DNA of 64,000 bases from a virus: positions 1-64,000 of the IMG/VR virus record IMGVR_UViG_3300010413_000020; one strand, 5' to 3'. Both the position numbers and the translations under genes were made by a program. Shown piece after piece: positions 20,101-29,831 of the stretch; the stretch's first letter is position 1; each line of letters opens with the position of its first letter. The notes beneath the pieces were generated by a model. That model did no database searches. It saw only the letters and a list, made by a program, of their open reading frames with translations, and was not told the origin of the DNA.

Positions 20101-22844
20101 TCGGCGGTCAGAGTCATACGGTTGGGGCGACGGTTCTAAGCGCACATTCAATAGTTGTTGGCTGGGGCCATGCTGTCAATGGCTACGATGATAACAAGGG
20201 TGGTTTCTTCGGATACAATGCTGTTTTTGGAGAGACGCATAACATTACTGGAAAAGGAAACGTTGTTGGCGGTGGTAATAACTATATAGGCCCTGGTGGT
20301 CCAGCAATAAACACTAATTATAATGCAGTCTTCGGTGCTAATCATGTGATATATGACTCTGGTCTTAATTTGGTTTCAGGCCAGAGCAATTATGTTAACT
20401 CTAATTTCAATGTCGTTGGAGGCCAAGATCAAAATATTTATGTAGGATCTGATTGGTGTGTTCTTGGAGGCTACGGACATATAGTAGGCAATACTTATGG
20501 TAGTAACTATTCATTGGTTGCAGGGTCATTAAATTCAGTAGATGGAAGTTCGAGTGAAATTGGATTCAATTGCGTAGTTGGAGACTCTTGTAATATAGAT
20601 GGAGATTACAATGCAGTGTTTGGCCTTGGGCATACGGTAGCTTCTAGTTATAACCTTGTAAGTGGAAATCCGCACACTATTTATGCAGATTCAGACTATT
20701 GTGTAGTTGGAGGATATGGACACACAATAGGATTGACAGATGAATCTCCCTATTCAGCGGTGTTTGGTCAAAGTCATTCTGTGGATGGCGCTCCAGGTGG
20801 AACAAATGGCCATAGTATCGTGGCTGGACAATTTCATGTTGTAAGTGGATTTTGTGAGGCTGTCTTTGGTGGGTACAATACAGTAGGCTCCGCTGGTGGT
20901 GAGACATATAATATTGTTGCTGGTAGTGACCATACTGTTGTTGGTGAATGGAATGCAGTATTCGGATATCTCCAAGAAGTTTATAAACAAGGCAATGCTG
21001 TTTTTGGAAGTACTAATTATGTTAATAGTTTTCACAATGTTGTAGGAGGAGAAGGACAAACTATCAATTTAGATAGTGATTACTGTGTTGTTGGTGGTTA
21101 TGGACACACTATAGGAGCTACGACTGAGTGCTCATATTCGGCAGTGTTTGGTGAAAGTAATGTTGTTGATGGTGGAGGTACAAGTCGTTCACATAATATA
21201 GTTGCTGGTGAAACACACGATGTAGACATAAGCCATAGTGCAGTCTTTGGCCTAACGAATACTGTTTTGGGTACAACTAGTGGTGCAGTAATTGTGGCTG
21301 GAGAATTGAATTCCGTAACTGGTGATTACAATGCAGTTTTTGGACTAAGCAATACAATAGGTGCAGAGTGGTCTGTAGCTTCTGGTAATTCTAATAATAT
21401 TTATGGAGGTTCTGATTATTGTGCAGTTTTCGGAGATAACAATGGGATAGGGTTCCTCTATGATAGCCCGCATACGGCTGTTTTTGGAGATTCCAATGGT
21501 GTGGATGGAAGCGTAGCGAATGAGATTGGTTGCAATGTTGTTGGTGGGTACTACAATTCGATTGGGGCTGACTATAGTGCAGTTTTTGGGTATGCGAATA
21601 CTTTGCACAGTGACTATAGTTTTGTAGCTGGGGGCTCGAATAGTATTGGAGTAACTATAGATGCGCCATACAGTGTTGTCTTTGGACAGAATAATACTGT
21701 CAATGGGTTCAATTATTTAGGAACCGATTATGGTCATAGCTTAGTTCATGGTGCGTTAAATTCTGTTACTAGTTTTGGGTCGATTGTGATTGGTCAACAG
21801 AACACAATTTCAGCTTCTTACACGTCAACTTTCACGGCTGTCTTTGGATACCAGAATACTGTTGGAGTAAATGCAGATAGTAACTATTCAATAGTTGCGG
21901 GATTTAGTCATGATGTAGATGGAAAATATTGTGCAGTTTTTGGAGTTAATAATGTTGTTCTTGGAGATTGGAATCTAATTGGAGGAAATGCTAATGGCAT
22001 TACTGGCGGTAGAAATGTTTTTGGAGGTCTGAATAGTTCAGTAGTTGGTGATTACAATGTTGGTGGTGGTGAAAGTCAAGATGTGACAGGTGGGCATAAT
22101 ATTGTTGCTGGATATGCACATGATGTAGCTAGTGATTATTGTGCTATATTTGGAAATTATAATGTTGTTGGTGCAACCTATGGAAGTCACATGTCTTTGG
22201 TTGCTGGGTATTGGAATACTGTAGATGGGTCTTCATCTGCAATTGGGCGCAACTGTGTAGTTGGAGAACAATGTAATGTAGATGGGGATTACAACGCTGT
22301 TTTTGGATATGGTCATTCGGCAGTAGAGTCGTATGCTCTTGTTTATGGGAAAAGCGCAAAAGCCAATTGGTTTGGTCAGATGGCATTTTCGGGATTTGCC
22401 CCCTCTACATCTTATCCTGGTGAGTCTCAGAACAATCTCTTCTCTGCGTCATGTGAATGCCTTGGAGATCCGGCTGCATTTACACAATTGTATCCCGATG
22501 GTCACGGCGGTTCTAAAGATTTGTTGATGCAGGTCGATGGATCGTATTATTTCCATTTTGCGGTATTGGCCAGAAAGAAAGGCCAGGGAGCAACAGAGCA
22601 AACGGCGTCATGGTATGGAAGAGTCATGGCGCAGCGCGATAGCGGAGGATCTGGTCTTGTTGCAAGCGCATCTGTTACTCCAGATTTTGCAACTAGCAAT
22701 GGTGATGAATCGAGTTGGGGTTTTCAGGTGTCAGTTGATGGAAGTCACAATATAGTATTTGAAGGCAAGGGTTCGGCAGATGCCACGAATCCTACTTATT
22801 TTCAGTTGATGGTTTGGGGTCCAAATGTTAATACTACTAATTAA
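17157..22844 (+). CDS. long tail fibre/adhesin with about 14-aa beta-solenoid repeats
   Basis: Ig/PKD-like N-terminus, DUF2793-like segment (GDRYIL...W...PEEGW), many GDYNAVFG..H/N repeats. Confidence 0.8.
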   Translation: MSALFKIDQSGLPAGIYGRARQDLSIGSTITFTAEDASPPIFTYLWELISEPPGSTVVVGTPTAQSCTVTLSETGGYLMRLTVDAGLPSEDIQVLYFGVALAGSGLCIPAFNETYFDNSQPPYTGERGYEEKLTNWIKWVDGNSGKGIRKPKVIDIVDCTQPPPTENDGDRYILDNTLGTIDAGWDGGDRTNIMQYDLATDTWSAEVPEEGWRCLVDALNTDAVFVDDPPTAAYWEVQPIASNLWTTAAGTSAIKRTDNTTGTAAGDYAVNAGWGGQADADYSFHGGNSCIIDSGSINTAVFGYNNILGGVIGSPNSIITGRNNIVSGADDHGTPRGDNAVFGSDNDVLEGGNVVGGSQNIARQGYVAVFGYGNNVQSNCSLVGGIFNDVDGYDNFVAGDGNEVYSAQCGAIGAFNVINASCDKSFVGGSENILGNSVASEYSFVYGRNNDVDADSVGLAGFNVVIARSCNVDGDYNAVFGYNHTVPSDYSAVFGYQNSLTKDPVTLLGGSVVGGRSNTVTGDYNTVVGYNNSVGQTTPGLGLFVGGQSNIVNGVLAKGEYKGWTFVMGQGNDVSMNEGIVAGSSNIVWSTNPVRNTAVFGTSNWVGAYSDPAGNCIVAGEQNDIDGMYNSVFGYANLVVGYWNGNLVGGEYNEVNGNDNLVGGVSNSVTLSSNIVAGSYNDVDGDWCAVFGSGNTAGGAGATGYSVIAGSGNTWGTYYSVVFGESNTIGATYLSGHSLVHGYNNSVEGDSVNEYGYNYVFGNSHDVDGDYNAVFGYSHDVNNNYCAVFGNDHTIGATIASVGSVVGGYSHDVDGGFGPGVHGYNTVFGYDHNIDGDMNGVFGRSHTIIGHSNLVGGSTHTISGVVHLCVIGGELHTINTGSLRSAIFGSQNTIGATYGSPASLIAGGFNTVDGSSSIVGYNCVVAYAADVDGDYNAVFGSDQTVAGDYNAVFGYSHVVPVDASAVFGYDHTLASGSDYCLVGGQSHTVGATVLSAHSIVVGWGHAVNGYDDNKGGFFGYNAVFGETHNITGKGNVVGGGNNYIGPGGPAINTNYNAVFGANHVIYDSGLNLVSGQSNYVNSNFNVVGGQDQNIYVGSDWCVLGGYGHIVGNTYGSNYSLVAGSLNSVDGSSSEIGFNCVVGDSCNIDGDYNAVFGLGHTVASSYNLVSGNPHTIYADSDYCVVGGYGHTIGLTDESPYSAVFGQSHSVDGAPGGTNGHSIVAGQFHVVSGFCEAVFGGYNTVGSAGGETYNIVAGSDHTVVGEWNAVFGYLQEVYKQGNAVFGSTNYVNSFHNVVGGEGQTINLDSDYCVVGGYGHTIGATTECSYSAVFGESNVVDGGGTSRSHNIVAGETHDVDISHSAVFGLTNTVLGTTSGAVIVAGELNSVTGDYNAVFGLSNTIGAEWSVASGNSNNIYGGSDYCAVFGDNNGIGFLYDSPHTAVFGDSNGVDGSVANEIGCNVVGGYYNSIGADYSAVFGYANTLHSDYSFVAGGSNSIGVTIDAPYSVVFGQNNTVNGFNYLGTDYGHSLVHGALNSVTSFGSIVIGQQNTISASYTSTFTAVFGYQNTVGVNADSNYSIVAGFSHDVDGKYCAVFGVNNVVLGDWNLIGGNANGITGGRNVFGGLNSSVVGDYNVGGGESQDVTGGHNIVAGYAHDVASDYCAIFGNYNVVGATYGSHMSLVAGYWNTVDGSSSAIGRNCVVGEQCNVDGDYNAVFGYGHSAVESYALVYGKSAKANWFGQMAFSGFAPSTSYPGESQNNLFSASCECLGDPAAFTQLYPDGHGGSKDLLMQVDGSYYFHFAVLARKKGQGATEQTASWYGRVMAQRDSGGSGLVASASVTPDFATSNGDESSWGFQVSVDGSHNIVFEGKGSADATNPTYFQLMVWGPNVNTTN

Positions 22845-22897
22845 CAATTCAAATAGCGTTCATTATAGTAATGGGCGCGAGACAAAGGAGTAAGGAC

Positions 22898-23227
22898 ATG
22901 GGTTTTCAAATTGCAACGACGACAGCAACAGACACGTCGTACGCTAGTGCGTACTACAAAATTCGAGATGTCCATTACGACCTGAGCAAGAAAAGATGTA
23001 CGTTTTCTCTGGAGGCGTACAAGGACAAGACTGCTCGGGACGATGGAAAAGCTCAAATACGCGGGGTGCCGACGCCAATGCGATTCTCGGTAACCGGAGA
23101 TGACTTCGACACGTACTTTGGAGATACTGTTCTAGACGATGATGGAAAGAATCTCTGGAAACAGTGTTACGAGTATGCGCGAGCACAAGCTGCTTATTCG
23201 GGTGCTACTGACGTGGACCCGGATTAG
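22898..23227 (+). CDS. fibre-associated small protein (possible chaperone)
   Basis: Directly after the fibre; AAGGA RBS before ATG 22898. Confidence 0.55.
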   Translation: MGFQIATTTATDTSYASAYYKIRDVHYDLSKKRCTFSLEAYKDKTARDDGKAQIRGVPTPMRFSVTGDDFDTYFGDTVLDDDGKNLWKQCYEYARAQAAYSGATDVDPD

Positions 23228-23268
23228 TAAATGAAGAAGTGTAACTAAAGGAGCAGAAAGGAAGAAAA

Positions 23269-23853
23269 ATGACTATAACCCACGCAAAAATTTTACAGTT
23301 GAACCGAGTACTTCGAGATTTAAGTACTTCGATAGAGAAGAAGTACGTCAAATTACATTATGCCTTAGGCCGTAATTTGGCGTACCTCGAACCCATTCTT
23401 AAAGTGGTAGGGGATCTTCAGTCCCCTGATCCAGAGTACAGCAAATATGAGGATGAGAGGCGAAAGCTCTTAAACAAGTTTGCGAGAAAAGATGAGAAGA
23501 AGCGTCCTATTAAAAAAGAAATCCCTTTACCGAGTGGAGCGGTCAATCAAGAGTTCGATATTGAAGACCAGGATGCTTTCGATGCTGCGCTCAAAGAATT
23601 AGACGAAAAAGAAGAGTTTGCCAAAATTGTTGAGGACGAAAAAGATCGAGTTAAACAATTTAATGAACTCATGAAAGCGGAAGTAGAACTGGATAAGGTT
23701 TACGTTATCAAGATGAGTAAATGTAAACCCCAGAATGCATTTGATGGTATTCAAATGCATTTACTGTTGGAATGCGGGATTCTTGAATGGGATATAGCTG
23801 ACGATGACGATTCGTGGGCGGAAATCCCAGAAATAACCAAGGTAGCATCATAA
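23269..23853 (+). CDS. hypothetical helical protein
   Basis: 194-aa ORF with RBS. Confidence 0.7.
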   Translation: MTITHAKILQLNRVLRDLSTSIEKKYVKLHYALGRNLAYLEPILKVVGDLQSPDPEYSKYEDERRKLLNKFARKDEKKRPIKKEIPLPSGAVNQEFDIEDQDAFDAALKELDEKEEFAKIVEDEKDRVKQFNELMKAEVELDKVYVIKMSKCKPQNAFDGIQMHLLLECGILEWDIADDDDSWAEIPEITKVAS

Positions 23854-23879
23854 ATGTTGCCGAGGGAGGAGCGACCTGA

Positions 23880-24347
23880 ATGGCATATCGTGGTGGATAT
23901 GGAGTTATTGCGCATGGACGTTCCCAGTTTGGAGCTGCCGCTAGTGGGATAGAACCGCGGTTTAAACGGGTTTCCTCTCCCTACGATGGACAGATTAAGG
24001 TCCCGCGTCCTTTTATTTGGCCTACTTTTGAAATTTATTTTTTCAGTAGTTCATTTGATTTCCATGAAGGTCCACCCGAAGGTTTTGATTTTGAAGTCAG
24101 TGAAAATGGGGGGACTGACTTTCTTTCCGTTTTTGATTTAGCCTCTCCCTATAGTATTGATTGGCGACTCAAAGACGGTCAAACGGTATGGGTCAAAATA
24201 CAAAAACTAACCGGTAAATGGCCGGAAGGTTCGGAGATAATTATCCGTAGCACAATGCATGACGAATTCGGACAGGAAGTGACTAAAGAAGTACCCGTTT
24301 TGTGGACCGACCCCGATTCTTTTCCATATGGCCCAGGAGCTCCCTAA
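23880..24347 (+). CDS. hypothetical virion protein
   Basis: 155 aa; GGAGG RBS. Confidence 0.6.
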   Translation: MAYRGGYGVIAHGRSQFGAAASGIEPRFKRVSSPYDGQIKVPRPFIWPTFEIYFFSSSFDFHEGPPEGFDFEVSENGGTDFLSVFDLASPYSIDWRLKDGQTVWVKIQKLTGKWPEGSEIIIRSTMHDEFGQEVTKEVPVLWTDPDSFPYGPGAP

Positions 24348-24850
24348 TGCCTTTTGATTGGCACTTTTTCACCGAAGGTCGTCCCCCAGGACCAATAGGT
24401 CGTAGATGTCATCGAGGCCCGATGATTGATGTGGAAGTTGTGATGTCGCGGCCTTTTACCTATATGATTCCGTATAATACATTACGGAAACGGCTTCTCG
24501 ACCATATTGTGGATACGGAACTGGTTGCTGTTCAGACCCGTGAGGTGGTCTTACGGTCTCTCAACACGGAACTTGGACCTATGTTTTTGCGTTTGGCTCC
24601 TAGAAAAAAGGGATTACAAGTTCCTATTTGTGAAAAACGAAATAGTATAGATATTGAAAAAGACCTGGAATATCTCAATCCTTTTTATTTGAATGCTGCA
24701 CAACAATTATTTGATTATGGTTTGCCACAACAACAAATAACCCTTCTTGTGGCGGCTTTAAAGTCTAATAGTCCTATTCTTCGAGTAGCGGGAAAGTGTG
24801 CGGTTATTCTGATAGCTGCGTTTACGGAGATGGACTATCACAATGGGTGA
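24347..24850 (+). CDS. hypothetical protein
   Basis: TAATG coupling at 24345-24349. Confidence 0.6.
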   Translation: MPFDWHFFTEGRPPGPIGRRCHRGPMIDVEVVMSRPFTYMIPYNTLRKRLLDHIVDTELVAVQTREVVLRSLNTELGPMFLRLAPRKKGLQVPICEKRNSIDIEKDLEYLNPFYLNAAQQLFDYGLPQQQITLLVAALKSNSPILRVAGKCAVILIAAFTEMDYHNG

Positions 24851-27263
24851 TTACACTGTAAATGAGTTTAAACAGGCAGCCTTCCTGGTTTATATAAATG
24901 GTCTCGAGATTCCCATAATCAGTGCAGTAGCGCAGTATGGTATCTGGACGATGCCTACGTTAACTATCGATTTGGTCCCCCATCCTATGCTTACACGAGT
25001 AGGCAGTGAAGATCGTTTACAGGTTGCAGTTTTTTACTTGGATTTTCACTGGGACCCCGAAAATCCACAATTTTGTCTTTTAGGCGAATTCGAAGTTGTT
25101 GGGTGGGGATACACCAATTTAGGTGACGGGCAGAGAAGTATTCAACTTCAGTGTGTTTCACATATTCAAATTTTTGAGCAACTTCATTTTTATTATATTT
25201 CGGGATTAGAAGATATTACTACTTCTTGTGGTGGTAGTATTAAAACAGATACAAGTACCGTTACGCAGACTAAAGTACTGTATCCTGCTTCACTATTTAT
25301 CGAAGGGTTAACGTCACCATCTTCGGTTGAAGTCGATAGTCCAGGAGGTGAAACGGTAAACGCTTCAACGGATAATTATATTAAACGTCCTATCGATTTT
25401 GTAACTAATATTTTTAGAGCACTTTTGCGTCCCGTTGATACTGTCAAAAAAGATCCATATAGTGTAGATGCAAGCTCTGAATTTATACCTCAAGCTTCTT
25501 CCGCGGTTCCTGGAAAGAATTTTTTTGCTAGATGGCTCAATATGACCGGTTTTCATAGGCGTTGGGCAGCTCTACCATTTATGGAAGATAATCCACGAGA
25601 TGGGTGTTTTCCTTTAGTTAAGGCAGTACAGGATACAAATACCTTACCCGCGTTGCAACAACAGATTGGACAAAGTGTAGGTAATTCGGGAAGTGCATGG
25701 CAATTACTCCAACAGGTTTTGGGGTATATGTATATGGAAATAGGAATGATTCCTTGTCCACCTGCCGTGGTGACTGCTAAGAAAACCGGAAAAATAGAAG
25801 GGAAAGGAACACCTACAAAAAATAAATTTCAATCTTTGGTTTCATTCTTTGTAAAACCGCAGTGTATGTTTGCATTACCCCCCGTCTGTAACGTGGTGTT
25901 TCCTTCGATGGTCTCTAATTATTCTTTCAGGGAGACTTTTATTACACAACCTACTCGCATTTATTTGGGAGAAGCGTTTATTTCAAATGTTCTTAAACAA
26001 GCTAATTACAATATGTCTGCTATCTTGAGTGATTTATTGACCACCGGATTTCCTCCTGAAGTTAGAGCTCGAATGCAACAACTTAATTTGGCACAGCAGG
26101 CTAGTCACAAAAACTTTTTATTATTCCCTGAAGAATTTTTTAAAGGTCCGGTTTCTAAACGGTTAAATGCTCCGCCATGGATGTGGATGTTGGCCCAACA
26201 AGAAGCGGCGTTTATGAATAAAGAAAATCTTAAAAAAGAAGAGGATCAGGCGCTATTAGAAGACTTAGAAAAATTTGCAGGAACTGAGGCGGCAGGCCCC
26301 TTAGGCAAGTTATTTGATATGTATGCTGAGTATGAGTATTTTCGTTCTCGGTATGCTGAACGAAGTGGGGGTGTAACCCTCGCCTGGAATCCGTATATCG
26401 TTCCGGGATTTCCTTTAGCGGTGTTTGATGACCGGAGTTTTAGCTTAGATAGTATGGGATATGTAAACCAACTAACTTTATCCATGGCTTCAGGTAATCC
26501 TCCGCATATGTCTACAAGTGTTGGACTTTCTTTTTTAAGAACAATGCATGAATTTTTAGGTCTTCTTGACAGTGGAAGCGGTTCTGTGACTAATGAGAAT
26601 GCCAGTAATTTTGATATATCCCCGATAGAAATTATTCCTGATGTCAGTGAGGCTTTTCAAAAGACTCAGAATGCACATACTTTATACAAAGGGTTGTTTT
26701 TTCGAAACGAACCTATGAATAAATCTGCCGTTTTTAATTGGCGAGATATGCTGGAAGTACGGAATCTGGATAATCAAGTATTAGATATAACTAAAAAATA
26801 TGGAGAATGGGACCCCTTTGTTAAATTGACGCCTAAAGCAGAATTTAATAGTTTATTCGAGAGTTACGATTCGGGGATGCGTTATGCATCTCGTCCTGTG
26901 TGTACTCTAAAAGAATATATCGAAACTTGGCATGGGAAATCCTTAGATTCTCTATTGGCTGCAGGTACCGTGCGGGGTGAATATAGATCTTTTTATAGTC
27001 CTGCAAGTGACCGCGGCAATAATAAGGGTGCAATTTTTTGGGGGAGAATTTATAAACTGAAACAGGGTCCGGGCACTGACCCCGGTCCTTCTGTAACTAA
27101 TTTGGGAGGTCCCCCGTCATACCTGCGGGAGGGGGATGATAAGTGGGTAACGGTGGATGCTTCGACTGGAATGCCACAAACTCGCCAAGATTGGGATGCA
27201 ATTTTAGAAGAATATCGTAAAATTATAAGAAGTGAAGAAGGAAAGTTGAGTCCACAATCATGA
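24843..27263 (+). CDS. putative baseplate hub-like structural protein
   Basis: 806 aa; YINGLEIP N-terminus and WNPYIVPGFP..V motif; baseplate context. Confidence 0.5.
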   Translation: MGDYTVNEFKQAAFLVYINGLEIPIISAVAQYGIWTMPTLTIDLVPHPMLTRVGSEDRLQVAVFYLDFHWDPENPQFCLLGEFEVVGWGYTNLGDGQRSIQLQCVSHIQIFEQLHFYYISGLEDITTSCGGSIKTDTSTVTQTKVLYPASLFIEGLTSPSSVEVDSPGGETVNASTDNYIKRPIDFVTNIFRALLRPVDTVKKDPYSVDASSEFIPQASSAVPGKNFFARWLNMTGFHRRWAALPFMEDNPRDGCFPLVKAVQDTNTLPALQQQIGQSVGNSGSAWQLLQQVLGYMYMEIGMIPCPPAVVTAKKTGKIEGKGTPTKNKFQSLVSFFVKPQCMFALPPVCNVVFPSMVSNYSFRETFITQPTRIYLGEAFISNVLKQANYNMSAILSDLLTTGFPPEVRARMQQLNLAQQASHKNFLLFPEEFFKGPVSKRLNAPPWMWMLAQQEAAFMNKENLKKEEDQALLEDLEKFAGTEAAGPLGKLFDMYAEYEYFRSRYAERSGGVTLAWNPYIVPGFPLAVFDDRSFSLDSMGYVNQLTLSMASGNPPHMSTSVGLSFLRTMHEFLGLLDSGSGSVTNENASNFDISPIEIIPDVSEAFQKTQNAHTLYKGLFFRNEPMNKSAVFNWRDMLEVRNLDNQVLDITKKYGEWDPFVKLTPKAEFNSLFESYDSGMRYASRPVCTLKEYIETWHGKSLDSLLAAGTVRGEYRSFYSPASDRGNNKGAIFWGRIYKLKQGPGTDPGPSVTNLGGPPSYLREGDDKWVTVDASTGMPQTRQDWDAILEEYRKIIRSEEGKLSPQS

Positions 27264-27964
27264 CGATGGAAACACGCCAACAACAAGATTTAGAACTCTG
27301 GAAAGAGTGGCGAAAAGATAATAGTCCTACTACGCTGAATAAGTTAATGAATCGATTAAACCCTTTGATTCATCGGGAAGTAAATAAATGGCAATATACC
27401 GTTCCTCCTGCGGCACTAGTTTCTAAAGGGCGAATTCTTACGGTTGAAGCATTAAAATCATATGACCCTAATAAGGGAGCTGCCATAGGTACTCACGTAA
27501 CAAGTCGTCTTCGAAAGTTATCTCGTTTCGCTTATCCGTTTCAAAATGTTGCAAGGATGCCAGAAAATAAGCAGTTACTTTATAATACTTTTGAAGGAGC
27601 GCGTACTCGTCTTTATGATAATTTGGGACGGGAACCCACGGTAGACGAGATTTCTGATGAATTAGCCTGGACTCCTAAAAAAGTTCAGGATTTTCAAAAG
27701 TCTTTTGGGCGAAGAGAATTAGTCGAATCGGAAGGGGCATTTCAAGACGAACATTCTGACGAAGCACCACTTGTGGATTTTTATTATCATGGATTGTCTC
27801 CTGAAGATAAACTTCTTTTTCAGGATATAACAGGGTATGGTGGCACCAAACCGTTAAATAATGATGAACTGCGTCGAAAATACAAATACACACAAGGACA
27901 ATTGAGTTATAAAAAACGTAAATTTACTGAGCAAATACAGGTAATACAAACAGGTAGAATTTAA
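27260..27964 (+). CDS. phage sigma-70-family sigma factor (FliA/SigF-like)
   Basis: Region 2 EALKSYDPNKGA, region 3 LGREPTVDEISDEL. Confidence 0.8.
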   Translation: MTMETRQQQDLELWKEWRKDNSPTTLNKLMNRLNPLIHREVNKWQYTVPPAALVSKGRILTVEALKSYDPNKGAAIGTHVTSRLRKLSRFAYPFQNVARMPENKQLLYNTFEGARTRLYDNLGREPTVDEISDELAWTPKKVQDFQKSFGRRELVESEGAFQDEHSDEAPLVDFYYHGLSPEDKLLFQDITGYGGTKPLNNDELRRKYKYTQGQLSYKKRKFTEQIQVIQTGRI

Positions 27965-29385
27965 TGGGTAAAGGGTTAACCGAGGAACAGAAGGCAACAT
28001 ATAATCAGTTACAAGAACTGATGCCTACCGATTTGATTCCTGGATATACGGTAGCCGATGCGGGGAATCTCGATCCTGAGTCCGCATTTCTTAAGGGGAT
28101 GAAAAAATTCTCTGAGGAATTGGGAAAAAATGCGTATGCTTATTACAATTTCGATATCAGTAAGCGAGGAATAAAGCGTACTCGGCGCGTCTCTAAAAAA
28201 ATTTTAAGCGCCGAAGGTTTTCCTCCTTGGGTAAATGTTACATATGCCTACCCGGCTCCTCGTTCTTTCCATTCTTGGTTAAACGGTGATCGACCTGTAA
28301 AACATTTTATTTTCCACTCTTTTGGACATGGTTGGATGGCTTCTTGGTCTGCCAAATCTAAATCATGGGTAGGTTGGATGAATAGTAAGAAGAATGGCAG
28401 AGGTGTAGAGGCATATGAATTTGAAGGACGCACTGTTTATATTTGTAAGGGTTCTGATCCGGAAACATTAGCTCACTTCCAAAGATTTAGTGCGGGATTA
28501 GGAACTGCTTTAGCGTTTACATCAGGTGTAGCCCCTAATTTTTTCATTGACCGTGCGGGCAATTTAGTCGTTATCGGAAACTGTAATGATATACAGATTG
28601 CCTCGAATAGATTGGACCGTTTTGGTGTATCCGTAGAACTAGAAGAAGCATTTTATGTTGAACAGGATACATCTGGGTCAGCGAATAAAGCTAAATTCGA
28701 TGGAGGTGGTAATCCTAGAGGGATTGGAGGACCAAACAGTAATATTAAATATTTTACCTATTCCCCCCAACAGTTATTTACTTTAAGTATTATTTGTAAA
28801 AAACTCGAGTCAGTTTATGAACCCTTGAGGGAAAGGAATGTTGTTTTTGTAGATCGTACTGCTACTTGGCAAAATACTCCTCCAGGGTATGCAATGCATG
28901 ATTTTATTAGCCAGGGGGTAGATAAAAAAACGGGCAGACCTAAAGGACATTTTGATATTTCACCCCAGTTTAAAACTCAAGAGCTTTGGGATGCATTTTT
29001 TAGGTTAGTAGACAGCCATCATCATATTGATTCAAATAATACCTTTAGACCTCCTCAACGATATCAGGATATGGGCGAATCTTATACTACTAAACCATTA
29101 GCTGAGGATACCCTTACAGCAATGACTGAACGGTTATTACAAGAAGCTAAGGATCAAGGTTTCGCCTCTGAACGTGCGAATAATTTGATTAACGCGGATA
29201 AAAATTCTCAAAATACTTCAACGGGAACTGCGGCAGCTAAGGAGTCATTACGATTATCTCAGCAGGTTGCTAATACTACAAATTTGGCGCAACAAACACA
29301 AGAAATTCCTGTTAGTCTTCCGGATGTAGATAATTTAGAAGAAGACGAGAGGGGCCAACAGGTGGGTTCTGATGATGTGTGGTAA
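27964..29385 (+). CDS. N-acetylmuramoyl-L-alanine amidase-like protein
   Basis: FIFHS, FFIDRAG, SN..GVSVELE, YS.QQ, MHD and HFDIS follow Amidase_2 motif order. Confidence 0.6.
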   Translation: MGKGLTEEQKATYNQLQELMPTDLIPGYTVADAGNLDPESAFLKGMKKFSEELGKNAYAYYNFDISKRGIKRTRRVSKKILSAEGFPPWVNVTYAYPAPRSFHSWLNGDRPVKHFIFHSFGHGWMASWSAKSKSWVGWMNSKKNGRGVEAYEFEGRTVYICKGSDPETLAHFQRFSAGLGTALAFTSGVAPNFFIDRAGNLVVIGNCNDIQIASNRLDRFGVSVELEEAFYVEQDTSGSANKAKFDGGGNPRGIGGPNSNIKYFTYSPQQLFTLSIICKKLESVYEPLRERNVVFVDRTATWQNTPPGYAMHDFISQGVDKKTGRPKGHFDISPQFKTQELWDAFFRLVDSHHHIDSNNTFRPPQRYQDMGESYTTKPLAEDTLTAMTERLLQEAKDQGFASERANNLINADKNSQNTSTGTAAAKESLRLSQQVANTTNLAQQTQEIPVSLPDVDNLEEDERGQQVGSDDVW

Positions 29386-29387
29386 TA

Positions 29388-29822
29388 ATGGCAAAATATG
29401 ATGTACATTTTCAGCCGGTTCCTGCGAGTGAAGTTAAAGGTTTCAAGTGCTTTGAATTTGGATTTGAAGCAGCTTTAAAAGTTAGTGGGCCGCAAGCTCT
29501 CGTGAATCGATGGGTTAAAACCTTAATGACGCCTAAGGGGAGTGACCCTTTAGACCCAACTTATGGTACAGTCTTTGGAAGATTGGTTGGATCGAATATA
29601 CCGGGAGTTAACACTGATATACAAGATTTAGTTAGTATAGCGGTGGATGACGCTAACGAACAAGTTCGGCAACAAGATGTTGCGGGATTTTTCCCGGATA
29701 ATGAACGATTATTAAGTGCAGAGATAATTGATTTTGTAGAAGGGGCTGATGGTTTTGAGGTTTGGGTTAGAATAAAAAACATGGCGGAGGAAGCTATTAC
29801 GTTCCGTCTGGTTAACGTGTAG
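29388..29822 (+). CDS. baseplate wedge protein, gp25/GPW-like
   Basis: LMTPKGSDPLDPTYGT.F..L motif. Confidence 0.75.
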   Translation: MAKYDVHFQPVPASEVKGFKCFEFGFEAALKVSGPQALVNRWVKTLMTPKGSDPLDPTYGTVFGRLVGSNIPGVNTDIQDLVSIAVDDANEQVRQQDVAGFFPDNERLLSAEIIDFVEGADGFEVWVRIKNMAEEAITFRLVNV

Positions 29823-29831
29823 GAAAACAAG

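Noticed and set aside
17513-22755. Many short ORFs within the fibre gene
   Set aside because: Shadow frames of a repetitive coding sequence.
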